Notes under the pieces: generated by a model | What the model was told of the DNA's origin: nothing | What the model saw: the letters and a program-made list of their open reading frames with translations, nothing else | Database searches by the model: none | In this document: in pieces, positions 10,031 through 20,809 of the stretch | Numbering within the stretch: the first letter of the stretch is position 1 | How the letters are laid out: every line of letters starts with the position of its first letter | NCBI GenBank assembly: GCA_018238155.1 | Contig: JABCTZ010000027.1 | Coordinates: 1 to 40,647 of the forward strand | DNA length: 40,647 bases | DNA from: Candidatus Heimdallarchaeota archaeon | Lineage (GTDB): Archaea; Asgardarchaeota; Heimdallarchaeia; JABLTI01 | Reading direction: 5' to 3' | Program-made: the position numbers and the translations under genes

Positions 10031-10245
10031 CCTTAAATTAGTAAATTACCGCTTGCTCTTTCACGATATTTCTGTAAATAATAATGTAAAAGAGTCCTTT
10101 TAAAGGCATCAAATCTAATAAGATAGCATTAATTGAGCAAAGAATGTTTTTCAATGAAGTAGCTTTAAAAGAAACTTTTCTACACTAATTTATTTTATTG
10201 TCTTTTAAATACTGAATTTCTCACTTAGGTTATGAGTAGGCAATA

Positions 10246-11024
10246 ATGATAACAACTTTTAACCTCTTTAATGCAATCGCATGGATTGTCGCTGGGTTTA
10301 TTTCCGCAGTAATAAGCATATTATTTCTAAGTAAAAACCCAAAGAAAAAATTAAATCAATTATTCTCTGCAGGTTTTCTCTTTTGGTCGTTTTCATTAAT
10401 CTTTAATGGAATAAATTTCCTAGTTGCTTATCGATCGGTGTTCATAGCAAATATCTTTAGAGATATGTGTGTAGTAACAGGAATTCTTTGTGCACTAACA
10501 TTATTCATAGCTCCACTTGGAATATATTATGGGTGGAAAAAATTAACTGGATTTTGACAGCAATACTCACTATTCTCGGAATTGTGTTGTCAGTTTTCGG
10601 AACCTTGAATGACTGGGTAACAGAAGATGGGTTGGGAGGCTATAAGACTACAGATAACTGGTTTGGAAAAACTTGCGTACAGATTATACCTGCAATATTT
10701 GTTATCACTGGTTTGGTTTTGCTAATTCTAACGTATTTTTCTCTCACAAAAAAAGCAGCAAAGAAATGTATCGGCTTTTTTACTCTTGGATTTTCTATCA
10801 TTGTACTTGGCTTACTTATGTTTGTATTTGATGCATTAGTTGATGTTTCTCCTTATATCTTCTTAACTTTAGCAATTATTTCTTGGGTGGCAGGTCCGAT
10901 ACTAATGCTCATAGGTTTCTATATTAATCCTGCAACCAAAATTCAACCTGTAATGGTTAAGCCTGAGGAACGATAGATACTAGACTTGAAGCAACAGGAG
11001 AAGAAAATCGAAAAACCTCCTTAA
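10246..11024 (+). pseudogene. Frameshifted multi-pass (about 7 TM) membrane protein
   Basis: ORFs 10246-10557 and 10467-10976 join as ...GIYYG/VEKINWILT... if one base is restored at gggtg (~10531); the frame stays open for 15 more codons after TAG 10974-10976. Confidence 0.7.
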
Positions 11025-11199
11025 TAAGTGGTTTGATTTCACAAGAAATTTGAAGCACTTTATCTATTCCCTTGCAAAAAGTGTTGCTAATACCACCTAT
11101 TACCTGTTTTTTCTCTTAATCAAATAAATTTGGTAAATGTAAATTCGCTAACTTACATCTACTTTTAAAAACGAATTATTTTGAAATGGTACTAGTGAA

Positions 11200-11490
11200 G
11201 TGATAAGAGTGACAATTGGTCTCAAGAAGAAATTAAAAAATCGTTTAGCCACAGCTTGGGCTGAACACGCAAAAGTACATGTTGGAAAAAACGGTCTATC
11301 TGACAAACTGTTCAAAGAAATAAGTAGTCAATTAGTACAAAAAGATCTAGTGAAAATAAAATTTTTGCAAAATTTTTCAACTGAAAATTTTGATGCTGAT
11401 ATAAAAAAGATCTGCAAAAAAACTAGTGCAACTCTAGTTGGCAAAAGAGGTAAAGTAATTGTCATCTACAAAGGTACTAAAAGGAATTAA
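11200..11490 (+). CDS. YhbY/CRM-domain RNA-binding protein
   Basis: VHVGKNGL, LVKIKFL, RGKVIVIYK. Confidence 0.88.
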   Translation: MIRVTIGLKKKLKNRLATAWAEHAKVHVGKNGLSDKLFKEISSQLVQKDLVKIKFLQNFSTENFDADIKKICKKTSATLVGKRGKVIVIYKGTKRN

Positions 11491-11577
11491 TTCACAAGTT
11501 ATTTGCTTTCCCGAAGTGAGATTATTTATTCGAAAAAATTTGAAGTGAATATGTAAGAAAGGATTAGTTGATGTTTC

Positions 11578-12456
11578 ATGACCACAATTATTTCAGGACC
11601 TGGCCAATCAAATATTGGTGAACAACTAGCTAAATTGCTAAAAGCTGATTTAATTAGCATTCAACACAAATTTTTCCCAGATGGAGAAAGAGATCTAATT
11701 TTCTCCAAAGAAACATGTGATGATCAAACTATCATTGTTCAAACTATTGCTCCTCCTCAAGATTCAAATCTGATTAGTCTCCTTCAATTAACTTACACAG
11801 CCCAAGAATTTGGAGCAACGGATATTTCCTTAGTTACACCATATTTAGCTTATGCTGCTAAGGATAGACGAATTTTACCTGGTGAGGTTGTCAGTATTTT
11901 TAATCTTTTTAAAATGATTGAAGCTACACCCGCCAAGAGATTATTTGTTGTTGATATTCATAACCCAGAAGTATTACTAGGGAAAGAGAATTTTTACCAT
12001 AATTTCTCAGCAATGCCTGAATTTGGTAAATATTTTCTTAAGAAAAACCTAGACAATCCACTTATTATCGCGCCTGATCTTGGTGCAAAAGAGCGAGTTT
12101 CAATAATTGGTAAAGTAATGAATGCTGAAACTGATTATTTTGAGAAAAAACGTGACCCCGTTTCCGGCGAAATTAAACTTTTACCGCATGAAATGCTTGT
12201 GAAAAATAGAGATGTTATTATTGCTGATGAGCTTATTCGCACTGGTGGCACAATAGTCAAAGCAATACAGGCACTTCATGAAATGAATGTAGGAAGAGTA
12301 TTTGTTGCTTGTACTCATATGATGCTTGTAAATGGTGCTGATAAAAAAATCCTTGCAGCAGGTGCAGAAGAGCTAATCGGAACAGATAGTTTACCGTCAG
12401 ATTATGGTATCGTTCCAGTTGCACCAATGTTCAAAGAACAAATAGAAAAGTACTAA
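11578..12456 (+). CDS. prs: Ribose-phosphate pyrophosphokinase
   Basis: FPDGE, PYLAY, VDIH, IAPDLGA; PRPP loop variant IIADELIRTGGT. Confidence 0.9.
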   Translation: MTTIISGPGQSNIGEQLAKLLKADLISIQHKFFPDGERDLIFSKETCDDQTIIVQTIAPPQDSNLISLLQLTYTAQEFGATDISLVTPYLAYAAKDRRILPGEVVSIFNLFKMIEATPAKRLFVVDIHNPEVLLGKENFYHNFSAMPEFGKYFLKKNLDNPLIIAPDLGAKERVSIIGKVMNAETDYFEKKRDPVSGEIKLLPHEMLVKNRDVIIADELIRTGGTIVKAIQALHEMNVGRVFVACTHMMLVNGADKKILAAGAEELIGTDSLPSDYGIVPVAPMFKEQIEKY

Positions 12457-12472
12457 GCCGGACTGAGAATAA

Positions 12473-13579
12473 TTGACAAATTTAGAAGAAGCTTCATTGG
12501 GGAAAAAAACTACTCATCTCATTAAACCATTCTTTTTTCAACTTTCAGGGAATCATCCTGAGCTGCCCTCAATTGAAGTGCTTTCAATAATGAAAGGCGA
12601 AGAATTTCAACATCAAGTGTTGGAAAAGAGCAGTCAATTTCTTCTATTAAACTGTTCCAAGCTAGCTGCTATTAAAACTGCAAAAAGAGCAGCATATTGT
12701 CGTCGTTCTGTAGAATTGCTATTTCGCTCAGAGGTTGGTTCTAAAACAACAGTAAATATTGCTAAGTGCATCTCAGAACAAATTGATTTTAACAAATTTT
12801 TACTGAAAGAAGACCGATTCAAAGTGCGCGTTTATCGAATCGGAAAGGTACATACCGAACACATTTCAATACATCTGGAAAAAGCAATTGGTGATACAAT
12901 TTGGGATCAAACGAAAGGTGCTTGTAAAGCGGATATGAAGGCTCCAACTATAACATTCATAGTATTGTTTACTGAAAAGGGCTTTTTCTTCGGGCGTGAA
13001 ATCTTTTCAAGGAAAAAAGGTTCTTTTACTGACCGTAGACCTGATTTACGACCATTCTTTAAACCTGGTACTTTAGAACCACGTTTTGCACGATTGATGG
13101 TTAATTTGTCTCGAGCAAAACCAGGAGAATATCTATTAGATCCATTTTGTGGACCTGGCGGGATATTGATTGAAGGTGCAATAATTGGCTGCAAAATACT
13201 GGGTTCAGATTTGGATAAGCGAATGATTAATGGGTCTAAGAAAAATATCAATCACTATTCTCCATCCAATATTGCTGGTTTTGTGCTGTCTGATGCAAAA
13301 CATTTACCATTCAATAGAAAAATAAAAGCAATTGCAACAGATCCACCTTACGGACGATCGACTTCAACTTATGGAAAAGATATTGAAGATTTGCTTATTC
13401 AGTTCTTTCAAAATGCAAGCCAGATTCTGCAAAAAGATGGGATAATAGCAATTGGGATGTTTGAAGAGGTTCCTTTGCAAGAAATAGTCGAAAAAACAGG
13501 TTTTATATTAGAACACTTTGAAAAAATTTACATTCACAGATCACTAACACGAAGGATAGGAGTTTGTCGATTAAAATGA
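12473..13579 (+). CDS. trm11: THUMP-domain tRNA (guanine10-N2) methyltransferase
   Basis: RPFFKPGTLEPRFARLMVNL, LDPFCGPGG, TDPPYGRS, HRSLTR. Confidence 0.88.
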   Translation: MTNLEEASLGKKTTHLIKPFFFQLSGNHPELPSIEVLSIMKGEEFQHQVLEKSSQFLLLNCSKLAAIKTAKRAAYCRRSVELLFRSEVGSKTTVNIAKCISEQIDFNKFLLKEDRFKVRVYRIGKVHTEHISIHLEKAIGDTIWDQTKGACKADMKAPTITFIVLFTEKGFFFGREIFSRKKGSFTDRRPDLRPFFKPGTLEPRFARLMVNLSRAKPGEYLLDPFCGPGGILIEGAIIGCKILGSDLDKRMINGSKKNINHYSPSNIAGFVLSDAKHLPFNRKIKAIATDPPYGRSTSTYGKDIEDLLIQFFQNASQILQKDGIIAIGMFEEVPLQEIVEKTGFILEHFEKIYIHRSLTRRIGVCRLK

Positions 13580-14517
13580 CCACAATTAGAATAGTGTTCC
13601 TTGGAACTTCGGCTTCTGTACCACAGAAAAACAGGTTCTTATCTGGTCTAGCGATGCAAATAGAGAATGGTGATGTATTGTTATTCGATTGTGGTGAAGG
13701 AACTCAATACCAAATAATGAAATATAAAGTTAATTTTCAGAAGATAGTTAAAATATTTCTGAGCCATTTACACGGAGATCATATCTATGGAATATTTGGT
13801 CTTTTAAGTACAATGAACCTTGCGGAAAGAAGTAATCCATTGAAAATCTATGGACCTCCTGGGACAAAAATGCTTCTCGAGAGATTTTTTGGTGAAAAAC
13901 TAGAAAACGGTTTTAGCTATCCAATCGTAATTCTTGACACAGAAGAAGGATTTGTGTGCGAAGATGAAGGCTATCAAATAGTAGCAAAAAGAACAATTCA
14001 TTCTGTCTATACTTTATCTTATGCTTATATCGAAAAGGATCGATTAGGACATTTTGACATTAAAAAAGCAAAGGAGCTAAATGTAAAGAAAGGTACTAAA
14101 TGGCAGCAATTACAAAAGGGGAAATCTGTGCTGTCAGAAGAAAACAAAGTGATTCTACCTGAAATGATTCTTGGACCTAAGAGAAGAGGATTCAAAATTG
14201 TTATTGGCTCCGATGGAATTTATCAGGAAGAAGATTTTGTGCCATTCGCTATGGGTGCAGATGTTTTGGTGTTAGAAGCAACATTCAGTGATATAAATGA
14301 ATCAAAAGCGAAAGAAAAACATCATTCAACTTCAAGATGGTCAGCAATTATAGCTCGAAAAGCAAAAGCTAAGAAACTATACTTAACACACATTTCACCT
14401 CGTCTGGACGAAGAAGATAATCTAGAAAAACAAGCACAAGAAGAATTCCCAGATGCAATAATAGCTTACGATGGTTTAGAGATACACTTAAACAGAAAAG
14501 ATTTGGATAAAGGGTAA
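13576..14517 (+). CDS. rnz: Ribonuclease Z
   Basis: FLGTSASVP, DCGEGTQ, SHLHGDH, exosite region, EATF, HHST, LTHISPR. Confidence 0.93.
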   Translation: MTTIRIVFLGTSASVPQKNRFLSGLAMQIENGDVLLFDCGEGTQYQIMKYKVNFQKIVKIFLSHLHGDHIYGIFGLLSTMNLAERSNPLKIYGPPGTKMLLERFFGEKLENGFSYPIVILDTEEGFVCEDEGYQIVAKRTIHSVYTLSYAYIEKDRLGHFDIKKAKELNVKKGTKWQQLQKGKSVLSEENKVILPEMILGPKRRGFKIVIGSDGIYQEEDFVPFAMGADVLVLEATFSDINESKAKEKHHSTSRWSAIIARKAKAKKLYLTHISPRLDEEDNLEKQAQEEFPDAIIAYDGLEIHLNRKDLDKG

Positions 14518-14536
14518 TTTTCCAAATGGAAAACCC

Positions 14537-14974
14537 TCAGGGAAATTTCTTCACGAGTCTTTCTTCAAAGCCATGTTTAGTGAATGGAGTTAACCAATCT
14601 ATAAGATACTCAATATCCTCGTATTCAATTATGATTCTAATTGGTCCTAACGGTGATTCTCCTTCTTCTTCGCAAAAATTGATTTTATTTACAGAAGCCA
14701 CTTGCTTATTAATGTAAAAAATGATGGAATTATCGATAGTGCCTTTTCGTAATGTTTTGCGTGCAACATCAAGAATTCTTTGATGTCTGAAAAGATGGTA
14801 AAGATTATCTAAGGAAGAATATTTTGTGCTTTCAATAAAAAGATAGGTCTCATCACCTACTTTACGCTCTTGAACTTTTTCTTTGAAAACGGTTTGTAAT
14901 GCAGCGGCAATTTTTTTCGGATCCTCAGTTTGATGCTGTTTGGTTTCAGCTGAAATTTTGAACATAGTTATCAC
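14537..14974 (-). CDS. UPF0201-like archaeal RNA-binding domain protein
   Basis: TEDPKKI, QRILDVAR, NKQVA, ESPLGPI, IDWLTP; typical neighbour of rnz/thpR/cca. Confidence 0.82.
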   Translation of the reverse strand: MITMFKISAETKQHQTEDPKKIAAALQTVFKEKVQERKVGDETYLFIESTKYSSLDNLYHLFRHQRILDVARKTLRKGTIDNSIIFYINKQVASVNKINFCEEEGESPLGPIRIIIEYEDIEYLIDWLTPFTKHGFEERLVKKFP

Positions 14975-15090
14975 CGTTGTTATTTGTAGTAATTTAGTAA
15001 ACCGCTAATAAAACATTTGATGAAATCAGAAATTTGCGCTAAATTTTAATTACTAAAATCAGTTGTATAGACAATAAGGTGATACAAGCT

Positions 15091-15651
15091 ATGTCAGTTC
15101 GAAGTTTCTTTGCAGTAGAGTTGAATGCAAAACCAATTATCAATAAAATAATTGCTTTCCAAAACAAGCTTATAGAAACTGGTGGAAGAATAAAATTAGT
15201 TGCTCCGGAGAATATCCATTTAACAATGAAATTTCTTGGAGATATCGATGAAAAGATCCTTCCAGATTTGCAGAAAGAAACAGAAACAATTTCATTTGAA
15301 AAATTTCTTGTTGAATATAGAGGGACAGGTTGTTTACCAAATCTCCAAAGAATAAATACTATTTATATCGATGTAAAAAAAGGAAAGGAGAAACTAACTG
15401 AACTAGCAAAAGAGATAGAAGAGATTTGTTCGAAATTTAATTTAAGGAAAGAAACACGGGCATATAAAGCACATTTAACAATTGGTCGTGTGAAATATCC
15501 TGGTGATAAACAATTATTGATAGAAAGAATAAAAGAACAACAAGAGGAGCTTTTCGGTGAGGTAGAAGTTACCAGCTTCCAATTGAAGAAAAGCATTCTA
15601 ACACCAACAGGACCAAAATATAGTGATTTATTTAGAATTAATTTAAAATAA
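15091..15651 (+). CDS. thpR: RNA 2',3'-cyclic phosphodiesterase (2H family)
   Basis: Two HxT motifs (HLTMKFLG, HLTIGR); SILTPTGPKY. Confidence 0.93.
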   Translation: MSVRSFFAVELNAKPIINKIIAFQNKLIETGGRIKLVAPENIHLTMKFLGDIDEKILPDLQKETETISFEKFLVEYRGTGCLPNLQRINTIYIDVKKGKEKLTELAKEIEEICSKFNLRKETRAYKAHLTIGRVKYPGDKQLLIERIKEQQEELFGEVEVTSFQLKKSILTPTGPKYSDLFRINLK

Positions 15652-15673
15652 AAATAGCTACTGAAATGATTAC

Positions 15674-17083
15674 TTGAGGAATAAAATTATGATGATCGAA
15701 AAAAAGATGACTGAAGTTCAATTACAAGTGTTGGAAAGAATACGACCTAAGGCACCAGAGAAAAATCGTCTCGAGAGTGAATTTCGAAAAATCGAACAAC
15801 AAATCAAAACAATTCTTAAACAGAATAAAATAGAAGCAGAAATTGAGCTTAGTGGGTCATTCTCTCGAGAGACTTGGCTTTCTGGAACAAGGGATTTGGA
15901 TATATTCGTTAAACTACCATATACGAGTAAAGTGACACCAGATAAATTAGTAAAAGTAATAAAAAATGGCATTGATTTACCATGGCAGAGAAAACATGCA
16001 CACCACCCATATTTGTACACTGAAAAAGATGATTTTCAGATTGAAATAATACCTTGTTATCAGATAGAAAAAGGAATGAAATTGAGAAGTGCGGTAGACC
16101 GCTCCCCACTACATCGGGCCTTTATAATCCAAAATATGCCTATAGGCTCTAATGATGAAGTTCGACTACTGAAGAAATTTATGAGAGGAATAGGTATTTA
16201 TGGCGCAGAAGTAAAAGTGCATGGTTTTTCAGGCTATCTTGCGGAATTACTAATAATTCACTTTGGTGGTAAATTCTCTGATGTATTGAAGAATGCAAAA
16301 ACGCTTCCGGGAAAAACAATTACTTTTGTTCCAGACTTGGTCATAGACTCGAGTAGGTATAGTGGAGAACCAATAATAGTCATTGATCCAACAGATGACA
16401 CAAGAAATGTTGCCTCGTCTGTTAAAATTGACTCGTTGAATGAATTCATAGTTGCATCAGAAAATTTTCTAAGAGAACCAAAAATAGACTACTTCTTTCC
16501 GAAGAAGATTGTTGTCAAAGAACTAGAGCTAAAGGAAATGATGGAAAACCCAATCAAACTTTCAGTTGTTATTCATAAGCGGAAAGAAAAAATCGTTGAT
16601 GATGTATTATGGGGGCAAATCAGAAGATTTGAGCGAAGCATGAAGACCTTCTTAGACCATTGCGAATTTGGACCGATAAAAATTGATTCATACATGGATA
16701 GAACTGATATCATTACTGCTATTGTAACCAAAGAAAGTATCGCTCCAGAATTTCATTGGCGAATTGGACCACCAATAAATCTCGTTGCTCAGGTTAAGTT
16801 CCTTGAGAAATATAATAATAATTCTCTTGTGGTATTTGGACCTGATGTAGCAAATGGTCGATGGAGAGTTTTACTCAAGCAAAAGCAATATACAATGGAA
16901 GAAATAATCAAAAAAGGCATACAAGAAAACAGTATTGCTATTCCATCTCATTTACAAGTGAATGAAAAAGATATTGAGATTATAACAAAGGAAGAAATTT
17001 TACTAAGATTTGCAAAGAATGAAATATTAATGGCATGTCTATATCAATTACTGATAGGCAAACCAAGTTTTGTAAGAAGCTAA
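15674..17083 (+). CDS. cca: Class I CCA-adding enzyme
   Basis: GSFSRETWL...DLDIF, HPY, SAVDRSPLH, GIYGAE..VHGFSGYLAELL, DPTD..RNVA; true start probably one of the ATGs a few codons in. Confidence 0.94.
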   Translation: MRNKIMMIEKKMTEVQLQVLERIRPKAPEKNRLESEFRKIEQQIKTILKQNKIEAEIELSGSFSRETWLSGTRDLDIFVKLPYTSKVTPDKLVKVIKNGIDLPWQRKHAHHPYLYTEKDDFQIEIIPCYQIEKGMKLRSAVDRSPLHRAFIIQNMPIGSNDEVRLLKKFMRGIGIYGAEVKVHGFSGYLAELLIIHFGGKFSDVLKNAKTLPGKTITFVPDLVIDSSRYSGEPIIVIDPTDDTRNVASSVKIDSLNEFIVASENFLREPKIDYFFPKKIVVKELELKEMMENPIKLSVVIHKRKEKIVDDVLWGQIRRFERSMKTFLDHCEFGPIKIDSYMDRTDIITAIVTKESIAPEFHWRIGPPINLVAQVKFLEKYNNNSLVVFGPDVANGRWRVLLKQKQYTMEEIIKKGIQENSIAIPSHLQVNEKDIEIITKEEILLRFAKNEILMACLYQLLIGKPSFVRS

Positions 17084-17085
17084 AA

Positions 17086-18261
17086 TTAACTAGTGCTTCT
17101 TTTTCTTCTTCCTTTCGGTCGAAAGGCAAATTTGATTCCGCGTTTAACCTCTTGTACATGATATTCCCAAGTTCGAGTATCTATAAGTTGTTTAGCTTTT
17201 TTGGCTATTTTATTCCGTAGAGGTTTATCATTTGCTAAAAGCAAAATCGCTTCTTTAATTTTTGAGACACTTCGTAAATTCATAACAAGAATGGTGTTCT
17301 CTTTATGGATGATTTCTTGATCATGACGATCGCCAGAAATGATTGTTGGTGTTTTACATGACATAGCTTCGTAAACTGTGAAACAGGTTGACTCATTTAT
17401 TGAAGGAGAGGTAAAGAAATCTGAAGCATTATAATAACTTGGTAATTCTTCATCAGGAACAAAACCTGTGAAAATGATTCGATTAGCATTTTTCCGTTTT
17501 TTAGTCACAACTTCCATTTGTGTTTTTTTACCAACAAAGATACCATACAATTTTGGATTCTCATCCATTGCAAGATCCGTTGCTTGAAGTAATCTTTCAA
17601 TATTTTTTTCTATAGATATTCGACCAACAAAAAGTGATACTATTGCATCCTCAGGAATGTTATGCTGTTTACGAATGTCAAACTTCTTGTTTTCGGGATT
17701 AAATTCTTTCCTGTCAACTGCAAAAGGAGTGAAGAATATCTTCTTATCTGGAACTTTTAAATCAATGAGTTTCATTTTGAAACGCTCTGTTGCATGGAAG
17801 AAAACATCAATACAACCGGGATAGAAAAATTCTGAAAGAACTGCTGCAGTTAGATTGACTACCCATTGAGGATTGTTTAGCATTTCGCGTAGAACTAATC
17901 TTTCATCTTGATGGACAAAAAGAGCTGTTTTCTTGCGTAGTAATTTAGCAATAATTCCACCAATAACTCCCAATGTAGCTACAGAATGAATAACAACAAA
18001 ATCTGCTTTACGTACTTCTTTCACTAAATCGTAATCAGGTAAAGCGATAAAGTATCCTTGAGCATACCAACCTGGTGTGGGGCATCGAACTACTCTAAGA
18101 CCATGGTGTGGGTTTTCATATTTGGCTGTCCCAGGAATTTGAGGGCAGACGATAGCTATTTCATGACCGTCTTTGATAAGTGCTTCTGAAACTAGATCAA
18201 GATAACGAATCACGCCGTCATAAATCGGTTTATACGAATCAACTAGAAAACAAATTTTCAT
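17086..18261 (-). CDS. Glycosyltransferase family 4 (GT-B)
   Basis: MKIC..DSYKPIYDGV, FVGRISIEKNI, E-x7-E (NESTCFTVYEAM); ATG at 18261 chosen by alignment with the paralog. Confidence 0.9.
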   Translation of the reverse strand: MKICFLVDSYKPIYDGVIRYLDLVSEALIKDGHEIAIVCPQIPGTAKYENPHHGLRVVRCPTPGWYAQGYFIALPDYDLVKEVRKADFVVIHSVATLGVIGGIIAKLLRKKTALFVHQDERLVLREMLNNPQWVVNLTAAVLSEFFYPGCIDVFFHATERFKMKLIDLKVPDKKIFFTPFAVDRKEFNPENKKFDIRKQHNIPEDAIVSLFVGRISIEKNIERLLQATDLAMDENPKLYGIFVGKKTQMEVVTKKRKNANRIIFTGFVPDEELPSYYNASDFFTSPSINESTCFTVYEAMSCKTPTIISGDRHDQEIIHKENTILVMNLRSVSKIKEAILLLANDKPLRNKIAKKAKQLIDTRTWEYHVQEVKRGIKFAFRPKGRRKRSTS

Positions 18262-18714
18262 ATCAACTAACAACCAAATATCCTTTATGTGTAAGTATTC
18301 TACCAAAGATTTTCGTATATATAATAAATTATTCACTCTACCTTTTTATTTGTATCTTTTCAAAATTAATAAAAAAATGAAAGAATAAATTAACATTATA
18401 ATGTTAATTTTTGTTTTAGCATTTTAAAGAAAGACCATTGAGCCATTAACGAAATGATTAAGGTAAAAAATTAAATAAAGATAAAAAACAAAACTATAAC
18501 CGGTGAAGAGAAAGCCTCCAAAAAGACTTGTCTAAAGAACTTGAGTATTTATGAGGGAGAATAGGATTTTTGGAGGAAAAAGACAATAAGAACATATTCT
18601 GAAACCTTATCTTGTTCCAGAGGACTTAGAAGACGGTCAAAATTGTCGTTTCTTCACCTTCTTTTATTTACTCTTGTCTAAAAAACGAAAGTGTTTTTCT
18701 AATTTGTTTTACTA

Positions 18715-19968
18715 CTATACTCCGAGGGATTTCTTGATATAATTAAGTTTATTTTTGGCTTGATTTCTTGGAATAGTAGCAACTTTAGGGATTGAATTCT
18801 TGTTTTTAACATTAGTAGAGAAAATAGTGTTCATTCCAAAAATAAATCGCTCCGAATGATTTTCCCAAGTTCGTGATAAAATAAGCTCTTGTCCATTAGT
18901 AGCAATACGCTTACGAAATGATTCATTTGTAGCAAGGAGAAGAAGATTTTCCGTAATTTCAGATGGATTGAGAACATCGTGAACAAGAAGGGCATTCTCT
19001 CTATCAATTATGTCAGGATCATGATCTATAGCAGACGTGATGACAGGAACACAACAAGTCATAGATTCAAAAAGAGTAAAACAAGAGGATTCGTTGAGAG
19101 TGGGTGTGACAAAAATATCACTTGTAGCATAATGACTTTGCAGCTCATTTTCAGGAATGAATCCTGTGAAAATAAACCGATCATCATTCTTTCGTGGTAA
19201 AGAAAGATATTTTTCTTCATCAGGTCCTCCTCCAACAATCAACGCATAAAGATTTGGAATCTCATCCATAGCATCATCAAGTGCAAGGAGGATATTATTC
19301 ACATTCTTCTCAACAGAAAGACGACCAAGATAACATGCAATGATGCTATCTGTAGGAATATTGTAACGCAAACGCAAGTCAATTTCAGGTTCAGAATGGA
19401 ATTTACTGGTATCTATAGCAAAAGGAGTATGATGTGTCTTATCACTTGGAGCTCCAAAAGAAACAAGTTTACGACGGAAGCGCTCTGTAGCATAAAAGAA
19501 CACATTAACTATTTTAGTATAAAATTTCCGCATGGACTTGTACAGAAAACTAACAAGAAAAGGTGGAAGATGGAAAATATCGTTGAGTATAACACGCTCA
19601 TCATGATGACACCAAAAACCAATCTTTTTTCTGAAAAGCTTTGCAAGAAATCCTCCTGTAGCACCCAGAAGCATAAGAGAATGAAGAACAACAAAATCAG
19701 ATTGAATAATGGCTTTGATGAGACGCCAATCTGGAATAGCCCAAAAATAAGCATTTGAGCGAAAACGAGTAGTAGTTGTTCGAATGATCTCTAACCCCTC
19801 TTCTGGAGAAGAGTAATGTTTCTCTCCTTGAAACCAGGGACAAACAACTGTAATTTCATATCCTTTCTGAAGCAATTCTGGGATAAGATAATCAAGATAG
19901 CGAACGATGCCATCGAAACTTGGATGATAAGTGTCCGTGATCATACAGATTTTCAAATCAATACTCAC
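18715..19968 (-). CDS. Glycosyltransferase family 4 (GT-B), paralog of the adjacent gene
   Basis: DTYHPSFDGI, YLGRLSVEKNV, NESSCFTLFESM. Confidence 0.9.
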   Translation of the reverse strand: MSIDLKICMITDTYHPSFDGIVRYLDYLIPELLQKGYEITVVCPWFQGEKHYSSPEEGLEIIRTTTTRFRSNAYFWAIPDWRLIKAIIQSDFVVLHSLMLLGATGGFLAKLFRKKIGFWCHHDERVILNDIFHLPPFLVSFLYKSMRKFYTKIVNVFFYATERFRRKLVSFGAPSDKTHHTPFAIDTSKFHSEPEIDLRLRYNIPTDSIIACYLGRLSVEKNVNNILLALDDAMDEIPNLYALIVGGGPDEEKYLSLPRKNDDRFIFTGFIPENELQSHYATSDIFVTPTLNESSCFTLFESMTCCVPVITSAIDHDPDIIDRENALLVHDVLNPSEITENLLLLATNESFRKRIATNGQELILSRTWENHSERFIFGMNTIFSTNVKNKNSIPKVATIPRNQAKNKLNYIKKSLGV

Positions 19969-20228
19969 TCTCCTGGAAACGTTACTACTTTGTGCCGACT
20001 TGAAAGAACACTAAGAAATTTACTTAATAAAGGACTAAATGAAACGACAAAAAACCTCTTAAGAGTAAAAACATTAGCTATTAGATTGTTTTTCGATAGA
20101 ATTTAATGAAGGTCAATTCCAAGATGCTTAAATAGTAAGAAAGAATGTAATAATGGTTGAGGTCTTTAACAGATCTTACCTATACTGATTCAATATTGAA
20201 TTAGAAAAATATTGGTGTAGAGAAAACA

Positions 20229-20774
20229 ATGAAGGAAATTAAATATTCAATAACAGATAGATCAACAATTTTTACCCCATTTGAAAGACTAAGTATGGGC
20301 ATGAATTTCATGTTGCGAATAGCGCATTTGCAACGAATGAAAAACATAGAGATAAACATTGATGAAGAGAAAATTACAATAGAAGGCACTAGAACAATTA
20401 AGGCCGGGGATCTTCACTTAGATATTAAGAGAGAAGATTTTAGAGGCTCATCTGTAAATTTTCGAGCTTTTAATTTAATAGGCATCATCCTAGGTTCGAT
20501 CTTAGCATTAGGAGGATTATCTTTAGTGCTAGTATATGCAACCGGGTTATCAGGAGGTTCAGGAGACGAACCATTTTTATTTGTAGGGTTACTTGTTCTT
20601 GTAATTGGAGCTCTGATTATAGTTCTAAGTTGTTTAAAGAAAACTACAATCACACTTCGTTTCGTGGATAAAAATTCTAATTCTGTTCGACACTTTGCTA
20701 TAAAAGTACGACGAAATTCAAAGGATTATTATCAAACCGCAATTGAATTCACAGAAAAACTCTGGAGTAAATAG
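20229..20774 (+). CDS. Hypothetical 2-TM membrane protein (tandem copy 1)
   Basis: 181 aa, collinear with the next ORF; two hydrophobic helices. Confidence 0.85.
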   Translation: MKEIKYSITDRSTIFTPFERLSMGMNFMLRIAHLQRMKNIEINIDEEKITIEGTRTIKAGDLHLDIKREDFRGSSVNFRAFNLIGIILGSILALGGLSLVLVYATGLSGGSGDEPFLFVGLLVLVIGALIIVLSCLKKTTITLRFVDKNSNSVRHFAIKVRRNSKDYYQTAIEFTEKLWSK

Positions 20775-20809
20775 GATTTATCTGATGAAAAAAATATTGG
20801 TGAGAAATA

